A stretch of 24,285 bases of DNA from Utricularia gibba (taxonomy: Eukaryota; Plantae; Magnoliophyta), in the NCBI GenBank assembly GCA_002189035.1, contig NEEC01000323.1:1-24285 (forward strand), given 5' to 3'. The position numbers were made by a program, and so were the translations under genes. Below the pieces are notes generated by a model that was not told the DNA's origin, searched no databases, and saw only the letters and a list, made by a program, of their open reading frames with translations. Of the stretch, positions 1 through 12,255 are shown one piece after another (the first letter of the stretch is position 1; each line of letters starts with the position of its first letter).

Positions 1-828
1 GCCCAAAGTAAGTTGTAGTCCGGCAAAAAAGTGATGTATTTATTATCGTTCGGTTTTCGGGGGCTGCCTACATGGTTTTTCAAGGAACCGCTTCTCGTTT
101 TGTGGCGGCCAGTCTCGCTGGGAACTTGGTCCTTGACCCGATTCTGTATGGCTCATGAGGTCAACTGGATGCAAATCGATTAAAAAAAATGATGCATTTG
201 TTTAAATTATGATGTCACGTGCACCCACATGATTTTTTTAACAACATACTTTATACATGAGGAGGCGGTCTTGGGGGCACTTGGAACCGGAAAAAGATCA
301 GCTTAGGCCTTGGCCCAAAGTAAGTTGTAGCCCGGCAAAGAAAGTGATGTATTTATTAACGTTCGGTTTTCGGTGTTGCCTACATGGTTTTTCAAGGAAC
401 AGCTTCTCGTTTTGTGGCGGCCAGTCTCGCTGGAACTTGGTCCGGGCCCGATTCTTTATGGCTCATGAGGTCAAAAGGATGCAAATCGATGAATACAATG
501 ATGCATTTGTTTAAATTATATCACGTGCACCCCACATGATTTTTTCAACAACTTACTTTATACTTGAGCAGGCGGTCTTTGGGTGCACTGGAACGGGACA
601 AAGGTAAGGTTTGGCTTGCCGAGAGTTAGTTGTAGTCCAAATAAAGTGATGTATTTATTATCGTTCGGTTTTCGGGGCTGCCTACATGGTTTTTCAAGGA
701 ACCGCTTCTCGTTTTGTGGCGGCCAGTCTCGCTGGGAACTTGGTCCTTGACCGATTCTGTATGGCTCATGAGGTCAACTGGATGCAAATCGATTAAAAAA
801 AATGATGCATTTGTTTAAATTATGATGT

Positions 829-2687
829 CACGTGCACCCCACATGATTTTTTAACAACATACTTTATACATGAGGAGGCGGTCTTGGGGGGCACTTGGAA
901 CCGGAAAAAGATCAGCTTAGGCTTGGCCCAAAGTAAGTTGTAGCCCGGCAAAGAAAGTGATGTATTTATTAACGTTCGGTTTTCGGTGTTGCCTACATGG
1001 TTTTTCAAGGAACAGCTTCTCGTTTTGTGGCGGCCAGTCTCGCTGGAACTTGGTCCTTGACCCCGATTCTGTATGGCTCATGAGGTCAACTGGATGCAAA
1101 TCGATTAAAAAAAAATGATGCATTTGTTTAAATTATGATGTCACGTGCACCCCACATGATTTTTTTCAACATACTTTATACATGAGGAGCGGTCTTGGGG
1201 GGCACTTGGAACCGGAAAAAGATCAGCTTAGGCCTTGGCCCAAAGTAAGTTGTAGTCCGGCAAATAAAGTGATGTATTTATTATCGTTCGGTTTTCGGGG
1301 GCTGCCTACATGGTTTTTCAAGGAACCGCTTCTCGTTTTGTGGCGGCCAGTCTCGCTGGGAACTTGGTCCTTGACCCGATTCTGTATGGCTCATGAGGTC
1401 AACTGGATGCAAATCGATTAAAAAAAATGATGCATTTGTTTAAATTATGATGTCACGTGCACCCCACATGATTTTTTTAACAACATACTTTATACATGAG
1501 GAGGCGGTCTTGGGGGGCACTTGGAACCGGAAAAAGATCAGCTTAGGCCTTGGCCAAAGTAAGTTGTAGCCCGGCAAAGAAAGTGATGTATTTATTATCG
1601 TTCGGTTTTCGGGGGCTGCCTACATGGTTTTTCAAGGAACAGCTTCTCGTTTTGTGGCGGCCAGTCTCGCTGGAACTTGGTCCCCCCGATTCTTTATGGC
1701 TCATGAGGTCAAGGATGCAAATCGATGAAAAAATGATGCATTTGTTTAAATTGCGATATCACGTGCACCCCACATGATTTTTTCAACAACTTACTTTATA
1801 CTTGAGCAGGCGGTCTTTGGGTGCACTGGAACGGGACAAAGGTAAGCTTTGGCTTGCAAGAGTAGTTGTAGTCCGGCAAATAAAGTGATGTATTTATTAT
1901 CGTTCGGTTTTCGGGGGCTGCCTACATGGTTTTTCAAGGAACCGCTTCTCGTTTTGTGGCGGCCAGTCTCGCTGGGAACTTGGTCCTTGACCCGATTCTG
2001 TATGGCTCATGAGGTCAACTGGATGCAAATCGATTAAAAAAAATGATGCATTTGTTTAAATTATGATGTCACGTGCACCCCACATGATTTTTTTAACAAC
2101 ATACTTTATACATGAGGAGGCGTCTTGGGGGGCACTTGGAACCGGAAAAGATCAGCTTAGGCTTGGCCCAAAGTAAGTTGTAGCCCGGCAAAGAAAGTGA
2201 TGTATTTATTAACGTTCGGTTTTCGGTGTTGCCTACATGGTTTTTCAAGGAACAGCTTCTCGTTTTGTGGCGGCCAGTCTCGCTGGAACTTGGTCCGGGC
2301 CCCGATTCTTTATGGCTCATGAGGTCAAAAGGATGCAAATCGATGAAACAATGATGCATTTGTTTAAATTGCGATATCACGTGCACCCCACATGATTTTT
2401 TCAACAACTTACTTTATACTTGAGCAGGCGGTCTTTGGTGCACCTGGAACGGGACAAAGGTAAGGTTGGCTTGCCCGAAGTTAGTTGTAGTCCGGCAAAT
2501 AAAGTGATGTATTTATTATCGTTCGGTTTTCGGGGCTGCCTACATGGTTTTTCAAGGAACCGCTTCTCGTTTTGTGGCGGCCAGTCTCGCTGGGAACTTG
2601 GTCCTTGACCCGATTCTGTATGGCTCATGAGGTCAACTGGATGCAAATCGATTAAAAAAAATGATGCATTTGTTTAAATTATGATGT
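829..2687. repeat. Higher-order repeat unit 1 (6-mer P-Q-R-B-R-B, M3-M8, 1859 bp)
   Basis: Order of block haplotypes is A-a-y, A-b-y, A-a-x, B-b-y, A-a-x, B-b-y, and the same order recurs at 2688-4537. Confidence 0.85.
2070..2377. repeat. Representative R-type monomer (A-a-x)
   Basis: Carries the A left block, the a alleles CCCGGCAAAGAAAG / TTAACG / CGGTGTTGCC / AACAGC, and the x alleles CCGGGCCCC / TTCTTTATGG / CAAAAGG / GATGAAACAA / TTGCGATATC. Confidence 0.9.
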
Positions 2688-2999
2688 CACGTGCACCCCA
2701 CATGATTTTTTAACAACATACTTTATACATGAGGAGGCGGTCTTGGGGGCACTTGGAACCGGAAAAAGATCAGCTTAGGCCTTGGCCCAAAGTAAGTTGT
2801 AGCCCGGCAAAGAAAGTGATGTATTTATTAACGTTCGGTTTTCGGTGTTGCCTACATGGTTTTTCAAGGAACAGCTTCTCGTTTTGTGGCGGCCAGTCTC
2901 GCTGGGAACTTGGTCTTGACCCCGATTCTGTATGGCTCATGAGGTCAACTGGATGCAAATCGATTAAAAAAAATGATGCATTTGTTTAAATTATGATGT
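2688..2999. repeat. Representative P-type monomer (A-a-y, recombinant)
   Basis: A and a alleles up to AACAGC (~2873), then y alleles (CTGGGAAC, TTCTGTATGG, CAACTGG, GATTAAAA, TTATGATGTC). Confidence 0.85.
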
Positions 3000-3310
3000 C
3001 ACGTGCACCCCACATGATTTTTTCAACATACTTTATACATGAGGAGGCGGTCTTGGGGGCACTTGGAACCGGAAAAAGATCAGCTTAGGCCTTGGCCCAA
3101 AGTAAGTTGTAGTCCGGCAAATAAAGTGATGTATTTATTATCGTTCGGTTTTCGGGGGCTGCCTACATGGTTTTTTCAAGGAACCGCTTCTCGTTTTGTG
3201 GCGGCCAGTCTCGCTGGGAACTTGGTCCTTGACCCGATTCTGTATGGCTCATGAGGTCAACTGGATGCAAATCGATTAAAAAAATGATGCATTTGTTTAA
3301 ATTATGATGT
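3000..3310. repeat. Representative Q-type monomer (A-b-y, recombinant)
   Basis: A alleles up to CCCAAAGTAAG (~3106), then b alleles from TCCGGCAAATAAAG (3113), followed by y alleles. Confidence 0.85.
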
Positions 3311-4537
3311 CACGTGCACCCACATGATTTTTTTAACAACATACTTTATACATGAGGAGGCGGTCTTGGGGGGCACTTGGAACCGGAAAAAGATCAGCTT
3401 AGGCCTTGGCCCAAAGTAAGTTGTAGCCCGGCAAAGAAAGTGATGTATTTATTAACGTTCGGTTTTCGGGGGTGCCTACATGGTTTTTCAAGGAACAGCT
3501 TCTCGTTTTGTGGCGGCCAGTCTCGCTGGAACTTGGTCCGGCCCGATTCTTTATGGCTCATGAGGACAAAGGATGCAAATCGATGAATAAAATGTTGCAT
3601 TTGTTTAAATTGCGATATCACGTGCACCCACATGATTTTTTCAACAACTTACTTTATACTTGAGCAGGCGGTCTTTGGGTGCACTGGAACGGGACAAAGG
3701 TAAGGTTTGGCTTGCAAGAGTTAGTTGTAGTCCGGCAAATAAAGTGATGTATTTATTATCGTTCGGTTTTCGGGGGCTGCCTACATGGTTTTTCAAGGAA
3801 CCGCTTCTCGTTTTGGCGGCCAGTCTCGCTGGGAACTTGGTCCTTGACCCGATTCTGTATGGCTCATGAGGTCAACTGGATGCAAATCGATTAAAAAAAA
3901 TGATGCATTTGTTTAAATTATGATGTCACGTGCACCCACATGATTTTTTTCAACATACTTTATACATGAGGAGGCGGTCTTGGGGGCACTTGGAACCGGA
4001 AAAAGATCAGCTTAGGCCTTGGCCCAAAGTAAGTTGTAGCCCGGCAAAGAAAGTGATGTATTTATTAACGTTCGGTTTTCGTGTTGCCTACATGGTTTTT
4101 CAAGGAACAGCTTCTCGTTTTGTGGCGGCCAGTCTCGCTGGAACTTGGTCCCCCGATTCTTTATGGCTCATGAGGTCAAAAGGATGCAATCGATGAAAAA
4201 ATGATGCATTTGTTTAAATTGCGATATCACGTGCACCCCACATGATTTTTTCAACAACTTACTTTATACTTGAGCAGGCGGTCTTGGGTGCACTGGAACG
4301 GGACAAAGGTAAGTTTGGCTTGCCGAGAGTTAGTTGTAGTCCGGCAAATAAAGTGATGTATTTATTATCGTTCGGTTTTCGGGGGCTGCCTACATGGTTT
4401 TTCAAGGAACCGCTTCTCGTTTTGTGGCGGCCAGTCTCGCTGGGAACTTGGTCCTTGACCCCGATTCTGTATGGCTCATGAGGTCAACTGGATGCAAATC
4501 GATTAAAAAAATGATGCATTTGTTTAAATTATGATGT

Positions 4538-6386
4538 CACGTGCACCCCACATGATTTTTTAACAACATACTTTATACTGAGGAGGCGGTCTTGGGGGGC
4601 ACTTGGAACGGAAAAAGATCAGCTTAGGCTTGGCCCAAGTAAGTTGTAGCCCGGCAAAGAAAGTGATGTATTTATTATCGTTCGGTTTTCGGTGTTGCCT
4701 ACATGGTTTTTCAAGGAACAGCTTCTCGTTTTGTGGCGGCCAGTCTCGCTGGGAACTTGGTCCTTGACCCCGATTCTGTATGGCTCATGAGGTCAACTGG
4801 ATGCAAATCGATTAAAAAAAATGATGCATTTGTTTAAATTATGATGTCACGTGCACCCCACATGATTTTTTCAACATACTTTATACATGAGGAGGCGGTC
4901 TTGGGGGCACTTGGAACCGGAAAAAGATCAGCTTAGGCCTTGGCCCAAAGTAAGTTGTAGCCGGGCAAATAAAGTGATGTATTTATTATCGTTCGGTTTT
5001 CGGGGGCTGCCTACATGGTTTTTCAAGGAACCGCTTCTCGTTTTGTGGCGGCCAGTCTCGCTGGGAACTTGGTCCTTGACCCGATTCTGTATGGCTCATG
5101 AGGTCAACTGGATGCAAATCGATTAAAAAAAATGATGCATTTGTTTAAATTATGATGTCACGTGCACCCACATGATTTTTTTAACAACATACTTTATACA
5201 TGAGGAGGCGGTCTTGGGGGGCACTTGGAACCGGAAAAGATCAGCTTAGGCCTTGGCCCAAAGTAAGTTGTAGCCCGGCAAAGAAAGTGATGTATTTATT
5301 ATCGTTCGGTTTTCGGGGGCTGCCTACATGGTTTTTCAAGGAACAGCTTCTCGTTTTGTGGCGGCCAGTCTCGCTGGAACTTGGTCCGGGCCCCGATTCT
5401 TTATGGCTCATGAGGTCAAAAGGATGCAAATCGATGAAAAAATGATGCATTTGTTTAAATTGCGATATCACGTGCACCCCACATGATTTTTTTCAACAAC
5501 TACTTTATACTGAGGAGGCGGTCTTGGGGGCACTTGGAACGGAAAAAGATCAGCTTAGGCCTTGCCCAAAGTAAGTTGTAGTCCGGCAAATAAAGTGATG
5601 TATTTATTATCGTTCGGTTTTCGGGGTGCCTACATGGTTTTTCAAGGAACCGCTTCTCGTTTTGTGGCGGCCAGTCTCGCTGGGAACTTGGTCCTTGACC
5701 CGATTCTGTATGGCTCATGAGGTCAACTGGATGCAAATCGATTAAAAAAAATGATGCATTTGTTTAAATTACGATGTCACGTGCACCCACATGATTTTTT
5801 CAACAACTTACTTTACATGAGGAGGCGGTCTTGGGGGGCACTTGGAACCGGAAAAAGTCAGCTTAGGCCTTGGCCCAAAGTAAGTTGTAGCCCGGCAAAG
5901 AAAGTGATGTATTTATTAACGTTCGGTTTTCGGTGTTGCCTACATGGTTTTTCAAGGAACAGCTTCTCGTTTTGTGGCGGCCAGTCTCGCTGGAACTTGG
6001 TCATTCTTTATGGCTCATGAGGACAAAAGGATGCAATCGATGAATACAATGTGCATTTGTTTAAATTGCGATATCACGTGCACCCCACATGATTTTTTCA
6101 ACAACTTACTTTATACTTGAGCAGGCGGTCTTTGGGTGCACTGGAACGGGACAAAGGTAAGGTTTGGCTTGCACCGAGAGTTAGTTGTAGTCGGCAAATA
6201 AAGTGATGTATTTATTATCGTTCGGTTTTCGGGGCTGCCTACATGGTTTTTCAAGGAACGCTTCTCGTTTTGTGGCGGCCAGTCTCGCTGGGAACTTGGT
6301 CCTTGACCCCGATTCTGTATGGCTCATGAGGTCAACTGGATGCAAATCGATTAAAAAAAATGATGCATTTGTTTAAATTATGATGT
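4538..6386. repeat. Higher-order repeat unit 3, imperfect (P-Q-R-Q*-R'-B, M15-M20, 1849 bp)
   Basis: Five of six positions match the 6-mer. The fourth monomer (M18) begins like B but has the A left block. M16 again has the short TTTTCAACATAC start. Confidence 0.7.
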
Positions 6387-9300
6387 CACGTGCACCCCAT
6401 GATTTTTTCAACAACTTACTTTATACTTGAGGAGGCGGTCTTTGGGGCACTGGAACGGGAAAAGGTAAGTTTGGCTTGCCCAAAGTAAGTTGTAGCCGGC
6501 AAAAAGTGATATTTATTATCGTTCGGTTTTCGGGGGCTGCCTACATGGTTTTTCAAGGAACCGCTTCTCGTTTTGTGGCGGCCAGTCTCGCTGGGAACTT
6601 GGTCCTTGACCCGATTCTGTATGGCTCATGAGGTCAACTGGATGCAAATCGATTAAAAAAATGATGCATTTGTTTAAATTATGATGTCACGTGCACCCCA
6701 CATGATTTTTTAACAACATACTTTATACATGAGGAGGCGGTCTTGGGGGCACTTGGAACCGGAAAAAGATCAGCTTAGGCCTTGGCCCAAAGTAAGTTGT
6801 AGCCGGCAAAGAAAGTGATGTATTTATTAACGTTCGGTTTTCGGTGTTGCCTACATGGTTTTTCAAGGAACAGCTTCTCGTTTTGTGGCGGCCAGTCTCG
6901 CTGGGAACTTGGTCCTTGACCCCGATTCTGTATGGCTCATGAGGTCAACTGGATGCAAATCGATTAAAAAAATGATGCATTTGTTTAAATTATGATGTCA
7001 CGTGCACCCCATGATTTTTTTACAACATACTTTATACATGAGGAGGCGGTCTTGGGGGGCACTTGGAACGGAAAAAGATCAGCTTAGGCTTGGCCCAAAG
7101 TAAGTTGTAGTCCGGCAAATAAAGTGATGTATTTATTATCGTTCGGTTTTCGGGGGCTGCCTACATGGTTTTTCAAGGAACCGCTTCTCGTTTTGTGGCG
7201 GCCAGTCTCGCTGGGAACTTGGTCCTTGACCCCGATTCTGTATGGCTCATGAGGTCAACTGGATGCAAATCGATTAAAAAAAATGATGCATTTGTTTAAA
7301 TTATGATGTCACGTGCACCCACATGATTTTTTTAACAACATACTTTATACATGAGGAGGCGGTCTTGGGGGCACTTGGAACCGGAAAAGATCAGCTTAGG
7401 CCTTGGCCCAAAGTAAGTTGTAGCCCGGCAAAGAAAGTGATGTATTTATTAACGTTCGGTTTTCGGGTGCCTACATGGTTTTTCAAGGAACAGCTTCTCG
7501 TTTTGTGGCGGCCAGTCTCGCTGGAACTTGGTCCGGGCCCGCGATTCTTTATGGCTCATGAGGAAAAAGGATGCAAATCGATGAATACAATGTTGCATTT
7601 GTTTAAATTGCGATATCACGTGCACCCCACATGATTTTTTCAACAACTTACTTTATACTTGAGCAGGCGGTCTTTGGGTGCACTGGAACGGGACAAAGGT
7701 AAGGTTTGGCTTGCACGAGAGTAGTTGTAGTCCGGCAAATAAAGTGATGTATTTATTATCGTTCGGTTTTCGGGGGCTGCCTACATGGTTTTTCAAGGAA
7801 CCGCTTCTCGTTTTGTGCGGCCAGTCTCGCTGGGAACTTGGGACCCCGATTCTGTATGGCTCATGAGGTCAACTGGATGCAAATCGATTAAAAAAAAATG
7901 ATGCATTTGTTTAAATTATGATGTCACGTGCACCCCACATGATTTTTTTAACAACATACTTTATACATGAGGAGGCGGTCTTGGGGGGCACTTGGAACCG
8001 GAAAAAGATCAGCTTAGGCCTTGGCCAAAGTAAGTTGTAGCCCGGCAAAGAAAGTGATGTATTTATTAACGTTCGGTTTTCGGTGTTGCCTACATGGTTT
8101 TTCAAGGAACAGCTTCTCGTTTTGTGGCGGCCAGTCTCGCTGGGAACTTGGTCCTTGACCCCGATTCTGTGGCTCATGAGGTCAACTGGATGCAAATCGA
8201 TTAAAAAAAATGCATTTGTTTAAATTATGATGTCACGTGCACCCCACATGATTTTTTTAACAACATACTTTATACATGAGGAGGCGGTCTTGGGGGCACT
8301 TGGAACCGGAAAAAGATCAGCTTAGGCTTGGCCCAAAGTAAGTTGTAGCCCGGCAAAGAAAGTGATGTATTTATTAACGTTCGGTTTTCGGTGTTGCCTA
8401 CATGGTTTTTCAAGGAACAGCTTCTCGTTTTGTGGCGGCCAGTCTCGCTGGGAACTTGGTCTTGACCCCGATTCTGTATGGCTCATGAGGTCAACTGGAT
8501 GCAAATCGATTAAAAAAATGATGCATTTGTTTAAATTATGATGTCACGTGCACCCCACATGATTTTTTTAACAACATACTTTATACATGAGGAGGCGGTC
8601 TTGGGGGGCACTTGGAACCGGAAAAGATCAGCTTAGGCCTTGGCCCAAAGTAAGTTGTAGTCCGGCAAATAAAGTGATGTATTTATTATCGTTCGGTTTT
8701 CGGGGGCTGCCTACATGGTTTTTCAAGGAACCGCTTCTCGTTTTGTGGCGGCCAGTCTCGCTGGGAACTTGGTCCTTGACCCGATTCTGTATGGCTCATG
8801 AGGTCAACTGGATGCAAATCGATTAAAAAAAATGATGCATTTGTTTTAAATTACGATGTCACGTGCACCCCACATGATTTTTTCAACAACTTACTTTATA
8901 CATGAGAAGGCGGTCTTGGGGGGCACTTGGAACCGGAAAAAGTCAGCTTAGGCCTTGGCCCAAAGTAAGTTGTAGCCCGGCAAAGAAAAGTGATGTATTT
9001 ATTAACGTTCGGTTTTCGGTGTTGCCTACATGGTTTTTCAAGGAACAGCTTCTCGTTTTGTGGCGCCAGTCTCGCTGGAACTTGGTCCGGGCCCCCGATT
9101 CTGTATGGCTCATGAGGACAAAAGGATGCAAATCGATGAAACAATGATGCATTTGTTTAAATTGATATCACGTGCACCCCCACGATTTTTTCAACAACTT
9201 ACTTTATACTTGAGCAGGCGGTCTTTGGGTGCACTGGAACGGACAAAGGTAAGGTTTGGCTTGCACCGAGAGTTAGTTGTAGTCCGGCAAATAAAGTGAT

Positions 9301-12255
9301 GTATTTATTATCGTTCGGTTTTCGGGGCTGCCTACATGGTTTTTCAAGGAACCGCTTCTCGTTTTGTGGCGGCCAGTCTCGCTGGGAACTTGGTCCTTGA
9401 CCCCGATTCTGTATGGCTCATGAGGTCAACTGGATGCAAATCGATTAAAAAAAATGATGCATTTGTTTAAATTATGATGTCACGTGCACCCCATGATTTT
9501 TTAACAACATACTTTATACTTGAGGAGGCGGTCTTGGGGGGCACTTGGAACGGAAAAAGATCAGCTTAGGCCTTGGCCCAAAGTAAGTTGTAGCCCGGCA
9601 AAAAAGTGATGTATTTATTAACGTTCGGTTTTCGGTGTTGCCTACATGGTTTTTCAAGGAACAGCTTCTCGTTTTGTGGCGGCCAGTCTCGCTGGGAACT
9701 TGGTCCTTGACCCCGATTCTGTATGGCTCATGAGGTCAACTGGATGCAAATCGATTAAAAAAATGATGCATTTTTTAAATTATGATGTCACGTGCACCCC
9801 ACATGATTTTTTTAACAACATACTTTATACATGAGGAGGCGGTCTTGGGGGGCACTTGGAACCGGAAAAAGATCAGCTTAGGCCTTGGCCCAAAGTAAGT
9901 TGTAGCCGGCAAAGAAAGTGATGTATTTATTATCGTTCGGTTTTCGGGTTGCCTACATGGTTTTTCAAGGAACAGCTTCTCTCGTTTTGTGGCGGCCAGT
10001 CTCGCTGGAACTTGGTCCTTGCCCCGATTCTGTATGGCTCATGAGGTCAACTGGATGCAAATCGATTAAAAAAATGATGCATTTGTTTAAATTACGATGT
10101 CACGTGCACCCCACATGATTTTTTAACAACATACTTTATACATGAGGAGGCGGTCTTGGGGGCACTTGGAACCGGAAAAAGGTCAGCTTAGGCTTGGCCC
10201 AAAGTAAGTTGTAGCCCGGCAAAGAAAGTGATGTATTTATTAACGTTCGGTTTTCGGTGTTGCCTACATGGTTTTTAAGGAACAGCTTCTCGTTTTGTGG
10301 CGGCCAGTCTCGCTGGAACTTGGTCCGGGCCCCGATTCTTTATGGCTCATGAGGTAAAGGATGCAAATCGATGAAACAATGTTGCATTTGTTTAAATTGC
10401 GATATCACGTGCACCCACATTTTTTCAACAACTTACTTTATACTTGAGCAGGCGGTCTTTGGGGCACTGGAACGGGACAAAGGTAAGGCTTGCACCGAGA
10501 GTTAGTTGTAGTCCGGCAAATAAAGTGATGTATTTATTATCGTTCGGTTTTCGGGGGCTGCCTACATGGTTTTTCAAGGAAGCTTCTCGTTTTGTGGCGG
10601 CCAGTCTCGCTGGGAACTTGGTCCTTGACCCGATTCTGTATGGCTCATGAGGTCAACTGGATGCAAATCGATTAAAAAAATGATGCATTTTTAAATTATG
10701 ATGTCACGTGCACCCACATGATTTTTTCAACAACTTACTTTATACTTGAGCAGGCGGTCTTTGGGTGCACTGGAACGGGACAAAGGTAATTTGGCTTGCC
10801 GAAGTAGTTGTAGTCCGGCAAATAAAGTGATGTATTTATTATCGTTCGGTTTTCGGGGGCTGCCTACATGGTTTTTCAAGGAACCGCTTCTCGTTTTGTG
10901 GCGGCCAGTCTCGCTGGGAACTTGGTCCTTGACCCGATTCTGTATGGCTCATGAGGTCAACTGGATGCAAATCGATTAAAAAAATGATGCATTTGTTTAA
11001 ATTATGATGTCACGTGCACCCCACATGATTTTTTCAACAACTTACTTTATACTTGAGCAGGCGGTCTTGGGTGCACTGGAACGGGACAAAGGTAAGCTTT
11101 GGCTTGCACGAGAGTTAGTTGTAGTCCGGCAAATAAGTGATGTATTTATTATCGTTCGGTTTTCGGGGGCTGCCTACATGGTTTTTCAAGGAACCGCTTC
11201 TCGTTTTGTGGCGGCCAGTCTCGCTGGGAACTTGGTCCTTGACCCGATTCTGTATGGCTCATGAGGTCAACTGGATGCAAATCGATTAAAAAAAATGATG
11301 CATTTGTTTAAATTATGATGTCACGTGCACCCCACATGATTTTTTAACAACATTACTTTATACATTGAGGGGCGGTCTTGGGGGGCACTTGGAACCGGAA
11401 AAAGATCAGCTTAGGCCTTGGCCCAAAGTAAGTTGTAGCCCGGCAAAGAAAGTGATGTATTTATTATCGTTCGGTTTTCGGTGTTGCCTACATGGTTTTT
11501 CAAGGAACAGCTTCTCGTTTGTGGCGGCCAGTCTCGCTGGGAACTTGGTCCTTGACCCCGATTCTGTATGGCTCATGAGGTCAACTGGATGCAAATCGAT
11601 TAAAAAAAATGATGCATTTGTTTAAATTATGATGTCACGTGCACCCCACATGATTTTTTCAACATACTTTATACATGAGGAGGCGGTCTTGGGGGCACTT
11701 GGAACCGGAAAAAGATCAGCTTAGGCCTTGGCCCAAAGTAGTTGTAGTCCGGCAAATAAAGTGATGTATTTATTATCGTTCGGTTTTCGGGGGCTGCCTA
11801 CATGGTTTTTCAAGGAACCGCTTCTCGTTTTGTGGCGGCCAGTCTCGCTGGGAACTTGGTCCTTGACCCGATTCTGTATGGCTCATGAGGTCAACTGGAT
11901 GCAAATCGATTAAAAAAAATGATGCATTTGTTTAAATTACGATGTCACGTGCACCCCACATGATTTTTTCAACAACTTACTTTATACTGAGGAGGCGGTC
12001 TTGGGGGCACTTGGAACCGGAAAAAGTCAGCTTAGGCCTTGGCCCAAAGTAAGTTGTAGCCCGGCAAAGAAAGTGATGTATTTATTAACGTTCGGTTTTC
12101 GGTGTTGCCTACATGGTTTTTAAGGAACAGCTTCTCGTTTTGTGGCGGCCAGTCTCGCTAGGAACTTGGTCCGGGCCCGCGATTCTTTATGGCTCATGAG
12201 GACAAAAGGATGCAAATCGATGAATACAATGTTGCATTTGTTTAAATTGCGATAT

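Larger units (their letters stand above)
2688..4537. repeat. Higher-order repeat unit 2 (6-mer P-Q-R-B-R-B, M9-M14, 1850 bp)
   Basis: Same subtype order as 829-2687. The second monomer carries the same shortened start (TTTTCAACATAC) as M4. Confidence 0.85.
1..12255. repeat. Heterogeneous domain: interleaved monomer subtypes P, Q, R, B (M0-M39)
   Basis: By-eye typing: 28 monomers with left block A (..CATGAGGAGG..GAAAAAGATCAGCTTAGGCCTTGGCCCAAAGTAAG), 11 with left block B (..CTTGAGCAGG..GGGACAAAGGTAAGGTTTGGCTTGCACCGAGAGTTAG) and 1 mosaic (M21). Confidence 0.9.

Noticed and set aside
180-241. Terminal inverted repeats of a MITE as origin of the satellite
   Set aside because: The arms are short, low-complexity and only 33 nt apart. 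No target-site duplication or array end is visible in the window.
214-340. Budding-yeast point centromere (CDEI-CDEII-CDEIII)
   Set aside because: Only the CDEI-like octamer is present. There is no ~80-bp, >90% AT CDEII, and point centromeres are not arranged as 78 tandem copies.
1843-11102. Shared GGTAAGCTTTGG (HindIII-site) variant in M6 and M36
   Set aside because: Only two copies and a single base. A 30-monomer separation is compatible with both 6- and 10-mer periods, but this is too little to support either.
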